DNA from: Chlamydiales bacterium
Lineage (GTDB): Bacteria > Chlamydiota > Chlamydiia > Chlamydiales > JARBTN01
Length of the DNA stretch: 49,377 nucleotides
Direction: 5' to 3'
NCBI GenBank assembly: GCA_029240195.1
Contig: JARBTN010000005.1
Coordinates: 1 to 49,377, forward strand
The notes beneath the pieces are model-generated. The model was not told the DNA's origin, searched no databases, and worked only from the letters and a program-made list of their open reading frames with translations. Shown in pieces: positions 27,801 to 31,947 of the stretch; within the stretch, counting starts at the first letter, position 1, and the number at the start of each line of letters is the position of its first letter. Both the position numbers and the translations under genes were made by a program.

Positions 27801-27881
27801 GTCTCGGCTAAGATGCCGCTTGCGCCAGAGACCGCAGACCCCTACACCGGATTTAGGATCGTCATCGAGCAGTCCCACTAA
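12831..27881 (+). CDS. Giant (5016 aa) signal-peptide-bearing (secreted or surface) repeat protein with C-terminal FGE-sulfatase/SUMF1-like domain
   Basis: Uninterrupted 15,051-nt ORF. GTG start with an in-frame TGA 7 codons upstream. Signal peptide [22 protein letters not shown]. Dozens of ~95-aa modules carry L-x-PG-x-Y-x-(I/L/V)-x-F. The C-terminus carries FGE-sulfatase hallmarks. A strong terminator follows. Confidence 0.9.
   Translation: [5016 protein letters not shown]
13130..26980 (+). repeat. Protein-level module array (two alternating ~95-aa module types forming a ~190-aa super-repeat); boundaries approximate
   Basis: Recurrent motifs include [100 protein letters not shown] and IPGRYQAVF. 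These alternate with (K/R)G-x-L-x-V-x-Y starts. The DNA copies are diverged; I saw no long identical DNA repeats. Confidence 0.8.
26989..27878 (+). other. FGE-sulfatase / SUMF1-like (C-type-lectin-like fold) domain lacking the catalytic Cys pair
   Basis: [79 protein letters not shown]...YTGFRIV. There is no Cys in the GGS-x...GFR segment. Confidence 0.8.
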
Positions 27882-27889
27882 GAGAAGAT

Positions 27890-27938
27890 AAAAAAAAGCC
27901 GGCTGGGGAGTTTTGCTTTCCAGCCGGCTTTTTTTTTT
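27890..27938. terminator. Bidirectional rho-independent terminator
   Basis: An A8 run (27890-27897), then stem agccggctgg (27897-27906) pairing with ccagccggct (27920-27929), then a T10 run (27929-27938). It lies between the convergent stop codons at 27881 and 27953. Confidence 0.85.
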
Positions 27939-27952
27939 GCTGCGCTAAGGCC

Positions 27953-29047
27953 TTACTTTTGGGAGGCGATAAATTCATCGACCCATGCCAAGTCATCTTC
28001 TGAAAGAGGCACTTGCGGAGCCTGATATGGAGGAAATAGTGGAGGCATAGCTGTGAGAGATAAATCCGAAACCGATAGGTAGGAGGGTATGGGAGCGTTT
28101 TCAAACGCTACAGAAGGTTCAGCAAAGGGAGGCAACATCGGGGCGGGTGTGAGCTGAGTTGGCTGGGGAAATGGCACAGATTGTATTGTTTCAAAGGGCT
28201 TATTTAAAATAAAACGGCAGCCTTCTAACGTGTTGAATAGCCGAGGAATTTCCTGGTTGATCTGAGCGAAGGCTAAATCTTTAAAGAGGTGAACCTCCTT
28301 AGACGAGCCGTTAGAATTGCGCTCTATACTCTGGGTGAGTCCAAAGAGCCCCATCGCAATGAAATAAATGCTTTCTTCAGCTGAAAGAACCTCGCTTACT
28401 CTAGCTAAGGGGTAGGGTGCGTTGATAGGAGTGGCTGACGGCCCAAAGCCTGGACCTTGGAAGGGCTCGGGAAGCGGAGGCGTTGCAGCCAGTTCAATCA
28501 CGGTGGCCTCCTTTTCAGGCTGTTGACCTTTAGGCCCTGCCCCTGAGCCATTTCCTTGCTGCACCGGCTGTGGCATCAAACCTAGCATGGAGGGAGGTTT
28601 TACCTCCAAAATTTGATGGGCAGCAGCGCTTATTTTTAAAGCATCGGGAGCCGTGGCATGCCTAGCGCTCTCTTTTTCCCGCCTCAAGGCACGCTTTTCA
28701 GATTTTTCTTGCCTTGCAGCCCGCCTTTGAGCTTTCTTGAGTTTTTTGGAGGGGCGAGATGGGCTCGGCTCAGAAGGTTCTTGGGCTAGGCCGATTAGGC
28801 GCTGCTGGGTTCCCGGGTCATTGACCAAATCGATGAGGGAAAAGATCCTTTCAGGCGCAATGATGCGGGCTTGTGGGATATAAGGGTCGTCATCAGTTGC
28901 AGGTTGCTGTTCCCTGAGCAGGTTGTCATGAGTGATTTTATCCAGAGCGGTTTGATACGGGTGCAATGCTTTGCGTTTTTGGCCCACTTCGCTGATGGAG
29001 GAGGAAGGCTCATTATTCCTCGGATGCCCTGAAATAGGACTGCTCAT
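27953..29047 (-). CDS. Hypothetical Pro-rich protein with a highly basic segment (putative effector)
   Basis: ATG start and a long ORF. Low-complexity N-terminus (MSSPISGHPRNNEPSSSISEVGQKRKAL). Basic stretch PSKKLKKAQRRAARQEKSEKRALRREKESARH. Pro-rich tracts (PPLPEPFQGPGFGP; PAPMLPPFAEP; MPPLFPPYQAPQVP). I recognise no enzymatic motifs. Confidence 0.65.
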   Translation of the reverse strand: MSSPISGHPRNNEPSSSISEVGQKRKALHPYQTALDKITHDNLLREQQPATDDDPYIPQARIIAPERIFSLIDLVNDPGTQQRLIGLAQEPSEPSPSRPSKKLKKAQRRAARQEKSEKRALRREKESARHATAPDALKISAAAHQILEVKPPSMLGLMPQPVQQGNGSGAGPKGQQPEKEATVIELAATPPLPEPFQGPGFGPSATPINAPYPLARVSEVLSAEESIYFIAMGLFGLTQSIERNSNGSSKEVHLFKDLAFAQINQEIPRLFNTLEGCRFILNKPFETIQSVPFPQPTQLTPAPMLPPFAEPSVAFENAPIPSYLSVSDLSLTAMPPLFPPYQAPQVPLSEDDLAWVDEFIASQK

Positions 29048-29140
29048 CGATTTTTCCTTTGATTGAGATGATTGAATTTAATCTTTGGATAAAGAACTTC
29101 CAAATCAGCCATTTCCCTAATCGTTGATTGCCTTTAGGCT

Positions 29141-29225
29141 ATTCCTAAATATTTTATTACATATATAATAGTAAATGCATTATATTTTTGTCTATATTAA
29201 TAATATACATACAGTATACTTTACT
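29141..29225. promoter_or_regulatory. AT-rich core of a 470-bp divergent intergenic region
   Basis: ttcctaaatattttattacatatataatagtaaatgcattatatttttgtctatattaataatatacatacagtatac, containing several TATAAT-like boxes. It lies between the divergent starts at 29047 (-) and 29519 (+). Confidence 0.3.
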
Positions 29226-29518
29226 AACTCAACTCATTGTTAATGTTCACAACATCCATCCTTATCTTGCCTCTCTTTTTTCGCAAGCATGGGCTTAAAA
29301 ATCCCTTATTTACTGGGTGCAGCAACTCTTTTCTCCTTTCCAAAAAAAGATAACATCTCCATAGGCGGGAAAAGGCCGGGCGCAGGGAAAAAAACCTCTT
29401 TTCCATTTCCCCTCTACGGCATCGCCGCATTAGGGCCTTTATTTTATATTTAAGAAATATCCTTAAACTGGATATTATATTCTCAATATCTCTTAAATAA
29501 CCCATAATATAGGTCATA

Positions 29519-31387
29519 ATGCACTATCTCCATAGTATTGCTGGGTATTTTAGAAACGACTTAGCTGCCTTTCCGATACCACTAGCGCGCGCTCAGAATG
29601 AGCCACATATTCAAACAGCCGCTTCTCGGGCCCTTAGAGCTTTGCATTACCCCCAGCTAGACCAGCCGCTCGAAAATAGCCTACCTTATCTGCAAGTGAA
29701 GCACCTCTCCTCAAAAGATGCCTGCCCCATTATCCGCCAGCACAGGATCGAGGAAAATTCCGAAGGGAAAATCGTCGATGAATTCGGCCAGACATTTGAC
29801 TCTGTGGAAAGTTATATCCATTTTCTCAAAGGTTTGCTCACAACTGGCGATTTAGAAATCGTGCGCCAGCAAAACGGCACTTTGGCCCTCATCCGCGGCG
29901 GAGCTTCCCAAGAATCGATCCACTTCCAAGAAGAGATCTCTTTTTTCAATGCACTTGGCGAATTTCTGGAGGCTGAGCTTGATTTGCTGAGCGTAGAAGC
30001 TCATATTGAATATATGGTAGATGGGCAGGCGATGACCGCATTCTTGGCCAAACGGCCGAGTGAGGACGGCTATCATTGCTACTTGTCAGAGCAAGATTAC
30101 GATCAAGCCCTCAACAACTATTGGGATGAACAGAGCCAAACAGAACTTGTCGCCTCTTTTAAAGTGGCAGAAAGTGAAGAGGGTTGGAGCTTAGAGAATT
30201 TAAGCAATGGCGCTATTCGCCTTTTTGACTCTAGAGAATCCCTTGAGGAATATCAGGTAGGAGACGAGCTCATCAAAGAGCTGCAAGAGCGACAAGAGCA
30301 GCCAGATGCGGCTATTCACATTTTACAATTCATCGAAGGTGATCAAGAGACATGGCGCTGGACTCTTGACTCGGATCTCTTATCTACAGAAGAGCTCTAT
30401 GAAAAGGTGCGCTTAAAAAGGCCGCAAGCCCCTTCCCACCCTCCTGAAGAATGGCAGAAAAAATACTATGCTTGGAGCATGCGCTTTCTTCATAATAATG
30501 AAGTGAATTTCTTCCTTTCTAGCCCAGAAGAGACGCTGGAGTTTGATAACCTCTATGAAAGGGATGAAGCAACCCTCTCTTTGGCAGCGCGCCTGAAAAA
30601 AGAGCAGAAGGATGAAGCGACCCTCTCTTTGGCAACGCGTCTGAAAAAAGAGCAGAAGTCAGAATCTGCAACTTTACAATCATCTTTCGTCAATTGGTTT
30701 CTCAGTCAAGCGGCTCCCCCTCTTGCCCCAACTCAAGGACAGGAGATCGAGGAAGATCCCATCTATTTAATCAGCCCATTGGCAAGCCTAAGGAGTGAAG
30801 AAATTCGCGTGGAGGCAAATCCTGAAACCGACTCTGAGGCCGGATCTGAAACAGGCTCTGAGACAGTTTCTAGCTCTAAAAAAGAACCTCCTCTCGAGAC
30901 AGAGGCCTTAGCTCAGGCAGAAGGTGCTGAACAAATAGACGCGGCTGAAAATCAGGCCGCCGTTCCTCAAGAAGTTGTTCAAGAAGTGGCAGAAAAAAAC
31001 CCTGTGGAAACGGCAGATTCGGCCACTCATTCTACGGGGGTCATCATCGATACCGCCCCCCTCCCCTCTTCAATAGAGGGCGCCGAGTCGATACCAGAGG
31101 CACCACAAGAAGAGGAACCAGCCCTTCAGGCAGCAGCTGAAACTCAACCAGAGCCCGTTCAACCAGAACCAGAATCCGTTCAACCAGAATCTGAAATTCC
31201 AGCTTTGCCTTCCACTCACCGGCAAAGAACTCCCCGACAGCGCTACTTGAGAGCCAAGCGCCGCAATAGGCTTGCTATTTGGTGGATCAACCTCTGCCGC
31301 CGCATCCAGCAGATCTTTCAACGGATTTGCTCTAAAATAAGAAGCATTTTTCCATGTGCCAAGCAGGCGGCGGCTCCATCTAGCTAA
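29519..31387 (+). CDS. Hypothetical protein with acidic/Pro-rich repeats and a basic amphipathic C-terminal tail (putative effector)
   Basis: 622-aa ORF with an ATG start. Internal exact-length duplication DEATLSLA(A/T)RLKKEQK x2. Acidic low-complexity region (ETDSEAGSETGSET; PEPVQPEPESVQPESE). The C-terminus is RQRYLRAKRRNRLAIWWINLCRRIQQIFQRICSKIRSIF. Confidence 0.65.
   Translation: MHYLHSIAGYFRNDLAAFPIPLARAQNEPHIQTAASRALRALHYPQLDQPLENSLPYLQVKHLSSKDACPIIRQHRIEENSEGKIVDEFGQTFDSVESYIHFLKGLLTTGDLEIVRQQNGTLALIRGGASQESIHFQEEISFFNALGEFLEAELDLLSVEAHIEYMVDGQAMTAFLAKRPSEDGYHCYLSEQDYDQALNNYWDEQSQTELVASFKVAESEEGWSLENLSNGAIRLFDSRESLEEYQVGDELIKELQERQEQPDAAIHILQFIEGDQETWRWTLDSDLLSTEELYEKVRLKRPQAPSHPPEEWQKKYYAWSMRFLHNNEVNFFLSSPEETLEFDNLYERDEATLSLAARLKKEQKDEATLSLATRLKKEQKSESATLQSSFVNWFLSQAAPPLAPTQGQEIEEDPIYLISPLASLRSEEIRVEANPETDSEAGSETGSETVSSSKKEPPLETEALAQAEGAEQIDAAENQAAVPQEVVQEVAEKNPVETADSATHSTGVIIDTAPLPSSIEGAESIPEAPQEEEPALQAAAETQPEPVQPEPESVQPESEIPALPSTHRQRTPRQRYLRAKRRNRLAIWWINLCRRIQQIFQRICSKIRSIFPCAKQAAAPSS
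30563..30658 (+). repeat. 48-bp tandem duplication (2 copies) inside the CDS
   Basis: Copy 1 (30563-30610): gatgaagcaaccctctctttggcagcgcgcctgaaaaaagagcagaag. Copy 2 (30611-30658): gatgaagcgaccctctctttggcaacgcgtctgaaaaaagagcagaag. They differ at 3 positions. Confidence 0.95.
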
Positions 31388-31407
31388 AGCGCGCCGGGGA
31401 ATCTTCC

Positions 31408-31577
31408 CTAGTGCCCGACCACAGATGTTGTTGCGCATGTTAAACGGCGTCAAAGCCTCTAGAATCGATCGATTACCTGTCCCCCCATATTGCCAATATG
31501 AGGGGACAGGTAATCGTCGATTCTAAAGAGCTTTCAGGCTCGTTTGACACGTAAAAACAAATGTGGTCGGGCACTAG
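31408..31577. repeat. ~170-nt imperfect palindrome (long hairpin or MITE-like element) between convergent genes
   Basis: Perfect 16-bp termini: ctagtgcccgaccaca (31408-31423) and tgtggtcgggcactag (31562-31577). The near-perfect inner arms are agaatcgatcgattacctgtcccc (31461-31484) and ggggacaggtaatcgtcgattct (31502-31524). The central palindrome is catattg-c-caatatg. The segments in between pair partially. Confidence 0.85.
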
Positions 31578-31584
31578 TTAAAAA

Positions 31585-31947
31585 TTAAGAGGAGCCTTCT
31601 TCGGGAGCGCCTTGGGAAAAGACATCGGTGATGCAAGATCTAAGCACTTCGATCTGATGCCCATCGATCATCTTTAAGACGACCGTCTCCTCTTGAATGC
31701 GATAGACGGTACCGACGATGCCCATGGCATAGACCCGGTCTCCCTTCTTCATAGAACTTCTTCTCTCCTCTATTAGCTGACGCCGCTGCCGTTCTGGCCG
31801 CCACATGAGAAAATAAAAGGGAATGGCCAAGATGGCGATCATGGCCATCATCTGTGCAAAACTTCCCTGCTGATCAGGGAATTCTAGGGGCGCCGTCGCA
31901 AGGACAGCATTGAATTGTTCAATCATCATCAAACTCTCTTTTCTCAT
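31585..31947 (-). CDS. yajC: Preprotein translocase subunit YajC
   Basis: Single TM followed by the YajC core: MMAMIAILAIPFYFLMWRPERQRRQLIEERRSSMKKGDRVYAMGIVGTVYRIQEETVVLKM. Its ATG overlaps the upstream gene's stop as ATGA (31944-31947). Confidence 0.88.
   Translation of the reverse strand: MRKESLMMIEQFNAVLATAPLEFPDQQGSFAQMMAMIAILAIPFYFLMWRPERQRRQLIEERRSSMKKGDRVYAMGIVGTVYRIQEETVVLKMIDGHQIEVLRSCITDVFSQGAPEEGSS

Noticed and set aside
14047-27878. Many 60-180-aa ORFs in other frames or antisense within the giant gene (e.g. 27333..27878 -, 26637..27164 -, 25560..25982 -, 18525..18908 -).
   Set aside because: All are fully embedded in a 15-kb ORF with strong protein-level repeat structure. They have Arg/Ser/Leu-rich composition typical of off-frame translation, and no Shine-Dalgarno or motifs.
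27700-27881. Possible diversity-generating retroelement (DGR) variable region. DGR target proteins often end in an FGE-sulfatase/C-type-lectin-like domain with the variable residues just before the terminal GFR motif.
   Set aside because: No reverse transcriptase, Avd-like gene or template repeat is visible within the 15 kb upstream or 21 kb downstream. I compared the terminal ~140 nt by eye with the nearby long intergenic regions (29048-29518, 12445-12830) and found no similarity. A genome-wide search for a near-identical A-variable copy would be needed to exclude it fully.
29224-29517. 97-aa minus-strand ORF in the 470-bp divergent intergenic region.
   Set aside because: It is Arg/Lys-rich with odd composition and starts inside the AT-rich promoter core immediately adjacent to ATG 29519 of the opposite gene. 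No supporting signals.
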